Assembly (NCBI RefSeq): GCF_009914755.1
Contig: NC_060948.1
DNA from: the human T2T-CHM13v2.0 reference genome, Homo sapiens
Strand: one strand, 5' to 3'
DNA length: 64,000 nucleotides
Part shown: positions 1-12,200 of the stretch, in pieces
Position numbering within the stretch: position 1 is the first letter of the stretch
Layout of the letters: each line of letters opens with the position of its first letter
Notes under the pieces: generated by a model
Seen by the model: the letters and a program-made list of their open reading frames with translations, nothing else
What the model was told of the DNA's origin: nothing
Databases searched by the model: none
Position numbers and translations under genes: made by a program

Positions 1-130
1 CAGAATGGAATCAAATCGAATGAAATGGAATGGAATAGAAAGGATTCGAATGGAATGCAATCGAACGGAATGGAATCGAACGGAATGGAATAAAATGGAA
101 GAAAACTGGCAAGAAATGGAATCGAAATGA

Positions 131-2999
131 ATGGAGTGTTATGGAACGGACTCAAAAGGAATTGAATGTAATAGAATGGAGTGGAGTGGACTCGAATATA
201 ATGGACTGGAATGGAATGAAATCACATGGAATGGGAACGAATGGAATGGAATGGAAAGGAATGGAATCGAATGGAAAGGAATCGAATGGAAGGGAATGAA
301 ATTGAATCAACAGGAATGGAAGGGAATAGAATAGACGGTAATGGAATGGACTCGAATAGAATGGACACGAATGCTCAAATTGAATGGACTCGAATGGAAT
401 GGAAACGAAAGGAATGTCATCGAATGTAATTGAATCGATTGGAATGAAATCGCATAGAATGGAGTGGAATCAAATGGAATTGAGTCGAAAGGAAAGGAAG
501 CGAATGGACTGAAATGAAATGGAATGGAATTGAATGGAAAGTAATGCAATGGAATAGAATGGAACGAAATTTCACGGAATGGAATCAAACTGAATGGAAT
601 CAAATCAATGGAATCAAATCAAATGGAATGGAAAGGAATTGAATGGAGTAGATGGCATTGGATGGGATTGGAATGAAATGTACTGGAAAGAACTCGAATT
701 TCATGAAACGGAATGGAATGAATTGGAACGGAATGGACTCGAATGGAATGGAATGTCATGGAATGGCATCAAATGGAATGGCATCAAATGGAATGGAATC
801 GAATGCAATAGAATGCTATGGAATGGAATGGAATGCATTGGAATGGAATGTCCTCTAATGGAATGGATTCGAGTGGAATGGAATCGAATATAATGGAGTC
901 GAATGAAATGGAATTGAAAGGAATGGGACCGAATACAATGGAATATACTGGAATGTAATGTAATGAACTCGAATGTAATTGACTGCAATGGAATGTACAT
1001 GAATGGAATGTAATCGAATGGAAAGTAATCCAATGGAATAGAATCTAAAGCAATAAAATCGACTCAAATAGAATAGAATGTAATGGAATGGAGTGCAGTG
1101 CAATGGAATGGAATGGAATGGAATGCAGAGGAATGGAATGGAATGGAATGCAATGGAATGGAATGTATTAGAATGTAATGAACATTAATGGAATGTACTC
1201 GAATGGATTCGACTGGAATGGAATGTTCTGGAAGTTTATGGACTCCAATGGAATAGATTCGAAAGGAATGGTATCGAAAGGAATGGAATCTAATGGAATG
1301 GAATTAAATGGAAATGAATCAAATTGAATAGCACGGAATTGAATTGAATGGAATAGAATGCAATGTAATCTAATGAAACAGAAAGGAAAGGAATGGAATG
1401 GAATGGAATGGGCTGGAATGGAATGGAATCAAAACGAATGGAATGGAATCGAACTAAAGAGACTGGAATGGAATGCACTGGAATGGAAGGGAGTGTAATG
1501 GAAGGTTCTCGAAAAAAATGGAATCGAATGGAATGGAATTGAATGGAACGGAATAGAGTCGAATGGAATTGAATGGAATGGAATGGACTAGAGTGAAATG
1601 GAATCGAACCACAAGGAATGGACAGGAATAGAATGGTCTCGAATTGAATGGAATCGTATGGAATGGCATCAAACGGAATGGAATGGACAGCCACGGAATG
1701 GAATGCACTCGAATGCAATGGAGTCGAAACTAATGGACTGGAATAGAATGGACTCGACTGGTACGGACTCCAATGGAATGGAATCGAATGGAAGGGAATC
1801 GAACGGAATGGACTCGAAGGGAAAAGACTGCAATGGAAAGGTCTCGAATGGAATGGAAATTAATGGAATGGAATGGAATCGAATGAAGTGGAGTCAAAAG
1901 GAATGGAATCGAATGGCAAGAAATCGAATGTAATGGAATCGCAAGGAATTGATGTGAACGGAACGGAATGGAATGGAATCCAAAGGAATGGAATAGGATG
2001 GAATGGAATCAAATGGAAAGGACTCGAATGGAAATCACTCGAATAGAATGCAATTTAATAAAATAGGATCAAATGTAATGGAATGGAATGGAAAGGAATC
2101 GAAACGAAAGGAATGGAGACAGATGGAATGGAATGGAACAGAGAGCAATGGTATAGAATGGAATGGAATCATCTGGAATGGAATTGAATGGAATGCAATA
2201 ACATGAAATGGAATGGAATGGAATGGAATGCCCTTGAATTAAATGGACTGGAATGGAATGGACTCGAACAGAGTGGAATGGAAAGTGTTGAAATAGAATG
2301 GAATGGACTCGTTTGGAATGGTCTAGTATGCAATGCAATCGACTGGCAGGGAATCAAAAGGAATGTAATCGAATGGATTGGACTGGAATGCAATGGACTC
2401 GAATAGATTGGAAACGGAATGCAAAGGAATGGAATGGAATAGTATGGAATGGAATGGAAAGGAATGGAGTGGAATAGACTAGAGTGGAATGGAATGGACT
2501 CAAAAGCAATGGACTGGAATGGAACTTTCTTGAATGGACTGGAATCAAACGGAATGGAATGCAATGCAATCAAATGGCATGGAATAAAATAGAATGAAAG
2601 AGAATCAAATGGAATTGAATGGAATGGAATCGAATGGATTGGAAAGGAATAGAATGGAATGGAATGGAATTGACTCAAATGGAATGGAATAGAATGGAAT
2701 GGATTCGAATGGAAGGCAAAGGAATGGAATCTATTGGAATGGACTGTAATGGAATGGAATGGAAGGGATTGGAATGGACTCGAATGGAATGGACTGCAAT
2801 AGAAAGGATTCGAATGGAATGAAAAAGAATTGAATGGAATAGAACAGAATGGAATCAAATCGAATGAAATGGAATGGAATAGAAAGGAATGGAATGAAAT
2901 GGAATGGAAAGGATTCGAATGGAATGCAATCGAATGGAATGGAATCGAACGGAATGGAATAAAATGGAAGAAAACTGGCAAGAAATGGAATCGAAATGA
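131..2999 (+). repeat. DYZ1 unit U1, internally deleted (2869 bp)
   Basis: Landmark spacing 131->3000. The offset to U2 is 2864 at GAGTGCAGTG (1091 vs 3955) but 3544 at GTATTAGAA (1165 vs 4709), so 680 bp are missing. Confidence 0.95.
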
Positions 3000-4252
3000 A
3001 TGGAGTGTTATGGAACGGACTCAAAAGGAATTGAATGTAATAGAATGGAGTGGAGTGGACTCGAATATAATGGACTGGAATGGAATGAAATCACATGGAA
3101 TGGGAACGAATGGAATGGAATGGAAAGGAATGGAATCGAATGGAAAGGAATGGAATGGAAGGGAATGAAACTGAATCAACAGGAATGGACTGGAGTAGAA
3201 TAGACGGTAATGGAATGGACTCGAATAGAATGGACACGAATGCACAAATTGAATGGACTCGAATGGAATGGAAACGAAAGGAATGTCATCGAATGGAATT
3301 GAATCGATTGGAATGAAATCGCATAGAATGGAGTGGAATCAAATGGAATTGAATCGAAAGGAAAGGAAGCGAATGGACTGAAATGGAATGGAATTGAATG
3401 GAAAGTAATGCAATGGAATAGAATGGAATGAAATTTCACGGAATGGAATCAAACTGAATGGAATGAAATCAATGGAATATAATCAAATGGAATGGAAAGG
3501 AATTGAATGGAGTAGATTGGATTGGATGGGATTGGAATGAAATGGAATGGAAAGGACTCGAATTTCATGAAACGGAATGGAATGAATTGGAACGGAATGG
3601 ACTCGAATGGAATGGAATGTCATGGAATTGCATCAAATGGAATGGCATCAAAGGGAATGGAATCGAATGCAATGGAATGCTATGGAATGGAATGGAATGC
3701 ATTGGAATGGAATGTCCTCTAATGGAATGGATTCGAGTGGAATGGAATCGAATATAATGGAGTCGAATGAAATGGAATTGAAAGGAATGGGATCGAATAC
3801 AATGGAATATACTGGAATGTAACGTAATGAACTCGAATGTAATTGACTGGAATGGAATGTACACGAATGGAATGTAATCGAATGGAAAGTAATCCAATGG
3901 AATAGAATCTAATGCAAAAAAATCGACTCAAATAGAATAGAATGCAATGGAATGGAGTGCAGTGCAATGGAATGGAATGGAATGGAATGCAATGGAATGG
4001 AATGGAATGGAATGGAATGCAATGGGATGGAATGGTATGGAATGGATAGTAATGGACTGGAGTGAAATGGACTGGAAAGGAATGGACTCAAATTGAAAGG
4101 TCTCGAAAGGAATGGAGTCAAATGGAATGGTCTGGAATGGAATGAACACGAATGTAATGCAATCCAATAGAATGGAATCGAATGGCATGGAATATAAAGA
4201 AATGGAATCGAAGAGAATGGAAACAAATGGAATGGAATTGAATGGAATGGAA

Positions 4253-4406
4253 TTGAATGGAATGGGAACGAATGGAGTGAAATTGTATGCAGTAGAAGAG
4301 AATAGAATGGAATGCAAGCGAAAGGAAAGGAATGGATTGGAATGGAATGGAATTCATTGGAATGGAAGGGAATGTAGTGTAATGGACAGGCCTGGAATAA
4401 AGTGGA
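4253..4406 (+). other. Classical DYZ1 sexing-PCR target (154 bp), repeated in each full-length unit
   Basis: TTGAATGGAATGGGAACGAATGG at 4253 and GGACAGGCCTGGAATAAAGTGGA ending at 4406 match the Y1.2/Y1.1 DYZ1 primers as I recall them (from memory, not looked up). This supports the Y assignment. Confidence 0.8.
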
Positions 4407-4763
4407 ATGCTACGGTCTCGAATGGAATAAAAATGTATGGAATGGAATGCAATGAAACGGAATCGAATGTCATAGAATGTAATGGAATGCAAAAAAATGG
4501 AATCCAAAATCATTGACTGGAAAGGCTGGGTGTCGAAAGGAATTGACTCCAATGGAATGGAATCGAATGGAATGGAAGTGAATAGAATCGAACTAAATCG
4601 AATGGAATGGAATTGATAGGAACGGAATGGAAAGGAATGCAATGATTTGGCATGGAATGGAATCGAATGGCATCGAATGGAATGGAATGGAATGCAATGG
4701 AATGGAATGTATTAGAATGTAATGAACTTGAATGGAATGTACTCGAATGGATTCGACTGGAAT

Positions 4764-4778
4764 GGAATGTTCTGGAAG
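4764..4778. promoter_or_regulatory. Perfect heat-shock element #1 (nGAAnnTTCnnGAAn); one per unit
   Basis: gGAAtgTTCtgGAAg here; gGAAtgTTCtcGAAg in U3-U18; the U1 copy is at 1220-1234. Motif match only, binding not shown. Confidence 0.55.
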
Positions 4779-5043
4779 TGAATGGACTCCAATGGAATGG
4801 ATTCAAAAGGAATGGAATCGTACGGAATGGAATCTAATGGAATGGAATTAAATGGAAATGAATCAAATTGAATAGCACGGAATTGAATTGAATGGAATGG
4901 AATGCAATGGAATCTAATGAAACGGAAATGAAAGGAATGGAATGGAATGGAATGGGCTGGAATGGAAAGGAATCGAAACGAATGGAATGGAATCGAACTG
5001 AAGAGACTGGAATGGAATGCACTGGAATGGAAGGGAGTGTAAT

Positions 5044-5058
5044 GGAAGGTTCTCGAAA
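5044..5058. promoter_or_regulatory. Perfect heat-shock element #2; one per unit
   Basis: gGAAggTTCtcGAAa; the U1 copy is at 1500-1514. Motif match only. Confidence 0.55.
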
Positions 5059-6079
5059 AAAATGGAATCGAATGGAATGGAATTGAATGGAACGGAATAG
5101 AGTCGAATGGAATTGAATGGAATGGAATGGACTAGAGTGAAATGGAATCGAACCACAAGGAATGGACAGGAATAGAATGGTCTCGAATTGAATGGAATCG
5201 TATGGAATGGCATCAAACGGAATGGAATGGACAGCCACGGAATGGAATGCACTCGAATGCAATGGAGTCGAAACTAATGGACTGGAATAGAATGGACTCG
5301 ACTGGTACGGACTCCAATGGAATGGAATCGAATGGAAGGGAATCGAACGGAAGGGAATCGAACGGAATGGACTCGAAGGGAAAAGACTGCAATGGAAAGG
5401 TCTCGAATGGAATGGAAATTAATGGAATGGAATGGAATCGAATGAAATGGAGTCAAAAGGAATGGAATCGAATGGCAAGAAATCGAATGTAATGGAATCG
5501 CAAGGAATTGATGTGAACGGAACGGAATGGAATGGAATCCAAAGGAATGGAATAGAATGGAATGGAATCGAATGGAAAGGACTCGAATGGAAATCACTCG
5601 AATAGAATGCAATTTAATAAAATAGGATCAAATGTAATGGAATGGAATGGAAAGGAATCGAAACGAAAGGAATGGAGACAGATGGAATGGAATGGAACAG
5701 AGAGCAATGGTATAGAATGGAATGGAATCATCTGGAATGGAATTGAATGGAATGGAATAATATGAAATGGAATGGAATGGAATGGAATGCCCTTGAATTA
5801 AATGGACTGGAATGGAATGGACTCGAACAGAGTGGAATGGAAAGTGTTGAAATAGAATGGAATGGACTCGTTTGGAATGGTCTAGTATGCAATGCAATAG
5901 ACTGGCAGGGAATCAAAAGGAATGTAATCGAATGGATTGGACTGGAATGCAATGGACTCGAATAGATTGGAAACGGAAAGCAAAGGAATGGAATGGAATA
6001 GTATGGAATGGAATGCAAAGGAATGGAGTGGAATAGACTAGAGTGGAATGGAATGGACTCGAAAGCAATGGACTGGAAT

Positions 6080-6094
6080 GGAACTTTCTTGAAT
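6080..6094. promoter_or_regulatory. Perfect heat-shock element #3; one per unit except U14
   Basis: gGAActTTCttGAAt; the U1 copy is at 2521-2535. It is mutated to GGAACTTTATTGAAT at 48681. Motif match only. Confidence 0.5.
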
Positions 6095-6229
6095 GGACTG
6101 GAATCAAACGGAATGGAATGCAATGCAATCAAATGGCATGGAATAAAATAGAATGAAAGAGAATCAAATGGAATTGAATCGAATGGAATCGAATGGATTG
6201 GAAAGGAATAGAATGGAATGGAATGGAAT

Positions 6230-6236
6230 TGACTCA
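6230..6236. promoter_or_regulatory. AP-1 consensus TGACTCA; one per unit
   Basis: AATTGACTCAAATGG, also at 2671 and the equivalent position of other units. Motif match only. Confidence 0.35.
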
Positions 6237-9200
6237 AATGGAATGGACTAGAATGGAATGGATTCGAATGGAAGGCAAAGGAATGGAATCTATTGGAATG
6301 GACTGTAATGGAATGGAATGGAAGGGATTGGAATGGACTCGAATGGAATGGAGTGCAGTAGAAAGGATTCGAATGGAATGAAAAAGAATTGAATGGAATA
6401 GAACAGAATGGAATCAAATCGAATGAAATGGAATGGAATAGAAAGGAATGGAATGAAATGGAATGGAAAGGATTCGAATGGAATGCAATCGAATGGAATG
6501 AAATCGAATGGAATGGAATCGAACGGAATGGAATAAAATGGAAGAAAACTGGCAAGAAATGGAATCGAAATGAATGGAGTGTTATGGAACGGACTCAAAA
6601 GGAATTGAATGTAATGGAATGGAGTGGAGTGGACTCGAATATAATGGACTAGAATGGAATGAAATCACATGGAATGGGAACGAATGGAATGGAATGGAAA
6701 GGAATGGAATCGAATGGAAAGGAATCGAATGGAAGGGAATGAAATTGAATCAACAGGAACGGAAGGGAGTAGAATAGACGGTAATGGAATGGACTCGAAT
6801 AGAATGGACACGAATGCTCAAATTGAATGGACTCGAATGGAATGGCAACGAAAGGAATGTCATCGAATGGAATTGAATCGATTGGAATGAAATCACATAG
6901 AATGGAGTGGAATCAAATGGAATTGAATCGAAAGGAAAGGAAGCGAATGGACTGAAATGAAATGGAATGGAATTGAATGGAAATTAATGCAATGGAATAG
7001 AATGGAACGAAATTTCACGGAATGGAATCAAACTGAATGGAATCAAATCAATGGAATATAATCAAATGGAATGGAAAGGAATTGAATGGAGTAGATTGAA
7101 TTGGATGGGATTGGAATGAAATGTACTGGAAAGGACTCGAATTTCATGAAACGGAATGGAATGAATTAGAACGGAATGGACTCGAATGGAATGGAATGTC
7201 ATGGAATGGCATCAAATGGAATGGAATCGAATGCGATGGAATGCTATGGAATGGAATGGAATGCATTGGAGTGGAATGTCCTCTAATGGAATGTATTCGA
7301 GTGGAATGGAATCGAATATAATGGAGTCGAATGAAATGGAATTGAAAGGAATGGGACCGAATACAATGGAATATACTGGAATGTAATGTAATGAACTCGA
7401 ATGTAATTGACTGGAATGGAATGTACATGAATGGAATGTAATCGAATGGAAAGCAATCCAATGGAATAGAATCTAATGCAATAAAATCGACTCAAATAGA
7501 GTAGAATGTAATGGAATGGAGTGCAGTGCAATGGAATGGAATGGAATGGAATGCAATGGAATGGAATGGAATGGAATGGGATGGAATGGTATGGAATGGA
7601 TAGTAATGGACTGGAGTGAAATGGACTGGAAAAGAATGGACTCAAATTGAAAGGGCTCGAAAGGAATGGAGTCAAATGGAATGGTCTGGAATGGAATGAA
7701 CACGAATGTAATGCAATCCAATAGAATGGAATCGAATGGCATGGAATATAAAGAAATGGAATCGAAGAGAATGGAAACAAATGGAATGGAATTGAATGGA
7801 ATGGAATTGAATGGAATGGGAACGAATGGAGTGAAATTGTATGCAGTAGAAGAGAATAGAATGGAATGCAAGCGAAAGGAAAGGAATGGATTGGAATGGA
7901 ATGGAATTCATTGGAATGGAAGGGAATGTAGTGTAATGGACAGGCCTGGAATAAAGTGGAATGCTACGGTCTCGAATGGAATAAAAATGTATGGAACGGA
8001 ATGCAATGAAACGGAATCGAATGTCATAGAATGTAATGGAATGCAAAAAAATGGAATCCAAAATCATTGACTGGAAAGGCTGGGTGTCGAAAGGAATTGA
8101 CTCCAATGGAATGGAATCGAATGGAATGGAAGTGAATAGAATGGAACTAAATCGAATGGAATGGAATTGATAGGAACGGAATGGAAAGGAATGCAATGAT
8201 TTGGCATGGAATGGAATCGAATGGCATCGAATGGAATGGAATGGAATGCAATGGAATGGAATGTATTAGAATGTAATGAACTTTAATGGAATGTACTCGA
8301 ATGGATTCGACTGGAATGGAATGTTCTCGAAGTGAATGGACTCCAATGGAATGGATTCGAAAGGAATGGAATCTAATGGAATGGAATTAAATGGAAATGA
8401 ATCAAATTGAATAGAACGGAATTGAATTGAATGGAATCGAATGCAATGGAATCTAATGAAACGGAAAGGAAAGGAATGGAATGGATTGGAATGGAATGGG
8501 CTGGAATGGAATGGAATCGAAACGAATGGAATGGAATCGAACTGAAGAGACTGGAATGGAATGCACTGGAATGGAAGGGAATGTAATGGAAGGTTCTCGA
8601 AAAAAATGGAATCGAAAGGAATGGAACTGAATGGAACGGAATAGAGTCGAATGGAATTGAATGGAATGGAATGGACTAGAGTGAAATGGAATCGAACCAC
8701 AAGGAATGGACAGGAATAGAATGGTCTCGAATTGAATGGAATCGTATGGAATGGCATCAAACGGAATGGAATGGACGGCCACGGAATGGAATGCACTCGA
8801 ATGCAATGGAGTCGAAACTAATGGACTGGAATAGAATGGACTCGACTGGTACGGACTCCAATGGAATGGAATCGAATGGAAGGGAATCGAACGGAATGGA
8901 CTCGAAGGGAAAAGACTGCAATGGAAAGGTCTCGAATGGAATGGAAATTAATGGAATGGAATGGAATCGAATGAAATGGAGTCAAAAGGAATGGAATCGA
9001 ATGGCAAGAAATCGAATGTAATGGAATCGCAAGGAATTGATGTGAACGGAACGGAATGGAATGGAATCCAAAGGAATGGAATAGAATGGAATGGAATCGA
9101 ATGGAAAGGACTCGAATGGAAATCACTCGAATAGAATGCAATTTAATAAAATAGGATCAAATGTAATGGAATGGAATGGAAAGGAATAGAAACGAAAGGA

Positions 9201-12200
9201 ATGGAGACAGATGGAATGGAATGGAACAGAGAGCAATGGTATAGAATGGAATGGAATCATCTGGAATGGAATTGAATGGAATGGAATAATATGAAATGGA
9301 ATGGAATGGAATGGAATGCCCTTGAATTAAATGGACTGGAATGGAATGGACTCGAACAGAGTGGAATGGAAAGTGTTGAAATAGAATGGAATGGACTCGT
9401 TTGGAATGGTCTAGTATGCAATGCAATAGACTGGCAGGGAATCAAAAGGAATGTAATCGAATGGATTGGACTGGAATGCAATGGACTCGAATAGATTGGA
9501 AACGGAAAGCAAAGGAATGGAATGGAATAGTATGGAATGGAATGCAAAGGAATGGAGTGGAATAGACTAGAGTGGAATGGAATGGACTGGAAAGCAATGG
9601 ACTGGAATGGAACTTTCTTGAATGGACTGGAATCAAACGGAATGGAATGCAATGCAATCAAATGGCATGGAATAAAATAGAATGAAAGAGAATCAAATGG
9701 AATTGAATCGAATGGAATCGAATGGATTGGAAAGGAATAGAATGGAATGGAATGGAATTGACTCAAATGGAATGGAGTAGAATGGAATGGATTCGAATGG
9801 AAGGCAAAGGAATGGAATCTATTGGAATGGACTGTAATGGAATGGAATGGAAGGGATTGGAATGGACTCGAATGGAATGGACTGCAGTAGAAAGGATTCG
9901 AATGGAATGAAAAAGAATTGAATGGAATAGAACAGAATGGAATCAAATCGAATGAAATGGAATGGAATAGAAAGGAATGGAATGAAATGGAACGGAAAGG
10001 ATTCGAATGGAAAGCAATCGAATGGAATGCAATCGAATGGAATGGAATCGAACGGAATGGAATAAAATGGAAGAAAACTGGCAAGAAATGGAATCGAAAT
10101 GAATGGAGTGTTATGGAACGGACTCAAAAGGAATTGAATGTAATGGAATGGAGTGGAGTGGACTCGAATATAATGGACTAGAATGGAATGAAATCACATG
10201 GAATGGGAACGAATGGAATGGAATGGAAAGGAATGGAATCGAATGGAAAGGAATCGAATGGAAGGGAATGAAATTGAATCAACAGGAATGGAAGGGAGTA
10301 GAATAGACGGTAATGGAATGGACTCGAATAGAATGGACACGAATGCTCAAATTGAATGGACTCGAATGGAATGGCAACGAAAGGAATGTCATCGAATGGA
10401 ATTGAATCGATTGGAATGAAATCACATAGAATGGAGTGGAATCAAATGGAATTGAATCGAAAGGAAAGGAAGCGAATGGACTGAAATGAAATGGAATGGA
10501 ATTGAATGGAAATTAATGCAATGGAATAGAATGGAACGAAATTTCACGGAATGGAATCAAACTGAATGGAATCAAATCAATGGAATATAATCAAATGGAA
10601 TGGAAAGGAATTGAATGGAGTAGATTGAATTGGATGGGATTGGAATGAAATGTACTGGAAAGGACTCGAATTTCATGAAACGGAATGGAATGAATTAGAA
10701 CGGAATGGACTCGAATGGAATGGAATGTCATGGAATGGCATCAAATGGAATGGAATCGAATGCGATGGAATGCTATGGAATGGAATGGAATGCATTGGAG
10801 TGGAATGTCCTCTAATGGAATGTATTCGAGTGGAATGGAATCGAATATAATGGAGTCGAATGAAATGGAATTGAAAGGAATGGGACCGAATACAATGGAA
10901 TATACTGGAATGTAATGTAATGAACTCGAATGTAATTGACTGGAATGGAATGTACATGAATGGAATGTAATCGAATGGAAAGCAATCCAATGGAATAGAA
11001 TCTAATGCAATAAAATCGACTCAAATAGAGTAGAATGTAATGGAATGGAGTGCAGTGCAATGGAATGGAATGGAATGGAATGCAATGGAATGGAATGGAA
11101 TGGAATGGGATGGAATGGTATGGAATGGATAGTAATGGACTGGAGTGAAATGGACTGGAAAAGAATGGACTCAAATTGAAAGGGCTCGAAAGGAATGGAG
11201 TCAAATGGAATGGTCTGGAATGGAATGAACACGAATGTAATGCAATCCAATAGAATGGAATCGAATGGCATGGAATATAAAGAAATGGAATCGAAGAGAA
11301 TGGAAACAAATGGAATGGAATTGAATGGAATGGAATTGAATGGAATGGGAACGAATGGAGTGAAATTGTATGCAGTAGAAGAGAATAGAATGGAATGCAA
11401 GCGAAAGGAAAGGAATGGATTGGAATGGAATGGAATTCATTGGAATGGTAGGGAATGTAGTGTAATGGACAGGCCTGGAATAAAGTGGAATGCTACGGTC
11501 TCGAATGGAATAAAAATGTATGGAACGGAATGCAATGAAACGGAATCGAATGTCATAGAATGTAATGGAATGCAAAAAAATGGACTCCAAAATCATTGAC
11601 TGGAAAGGCTGGGTGTCGAAAGGAATTGACTCCAATGGAATGGAATCGAATGGAATGGAAGTGAATAGAATCGAACTAAATCGAATGGAATGGAATTGAT
11701 AGGAACGGAATGGAAAGGAATGCAATGATTTGGCATGGAATGGAATCGAATGGCATCGAATGGAATGGAATGGAATGCAATGGAATGGAATGTATTAGAA
11801 TGTAATGAACTTTAATGGAATGTACTCGAATGGATTCGACTGGAATGGAATGTTCTCGAAGTGAATGGACTCCAATGGAATGGATTCGAAAGGAATGGAA
11901 TCTAGTGGAATGGAATTAAATGCAAATGAATCAAATTGAATAGAACGGAATTGAATTGAATGGAATCGAATGCAATGGAATCTAATGAAACGGAAAGGAA
12001 AGGAATGGAATGGATTGGAATGGAATGGGCTGGAATGGAATGGAAGCGAAACGAATGGAATGGAATCGAACTGAAGAGACTGGAATGGAATGCACTGGAA
12101 TGGAAGGGAATGTAATGGAAGGTTCTCGAAAAAAATGGAATCGAAAGGAATGGAATTGAATGGAACGGAATAGAGTCGAATGGAATTGAATGGAATGGAA

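Noticed and set aside
696-709. GAATTTCATGAAA as a fourth heat-shock element or palindrome
   Set aside because: The GAA-TTC spacing is 1 bp instead of 2, so only two correctly spaced units exist. The 10-bp palindrome TTTCATGAAA alone is unremarkable.
2052-2065. AATAAA polyadenylation-like hexamers (several per unit)
   Set aside because: They arise readily from GGAAT pentamers by G>A changes, and there is no downstream GU-rich element or transcript evidence here.
5331-5365. Private 15-bp indels (duplications at ~5340 and ~63480; deletions at ~41830 and ~53955)
   Set aside because: These are ordinary three-pentamer slippage events, already covered by the register finding.
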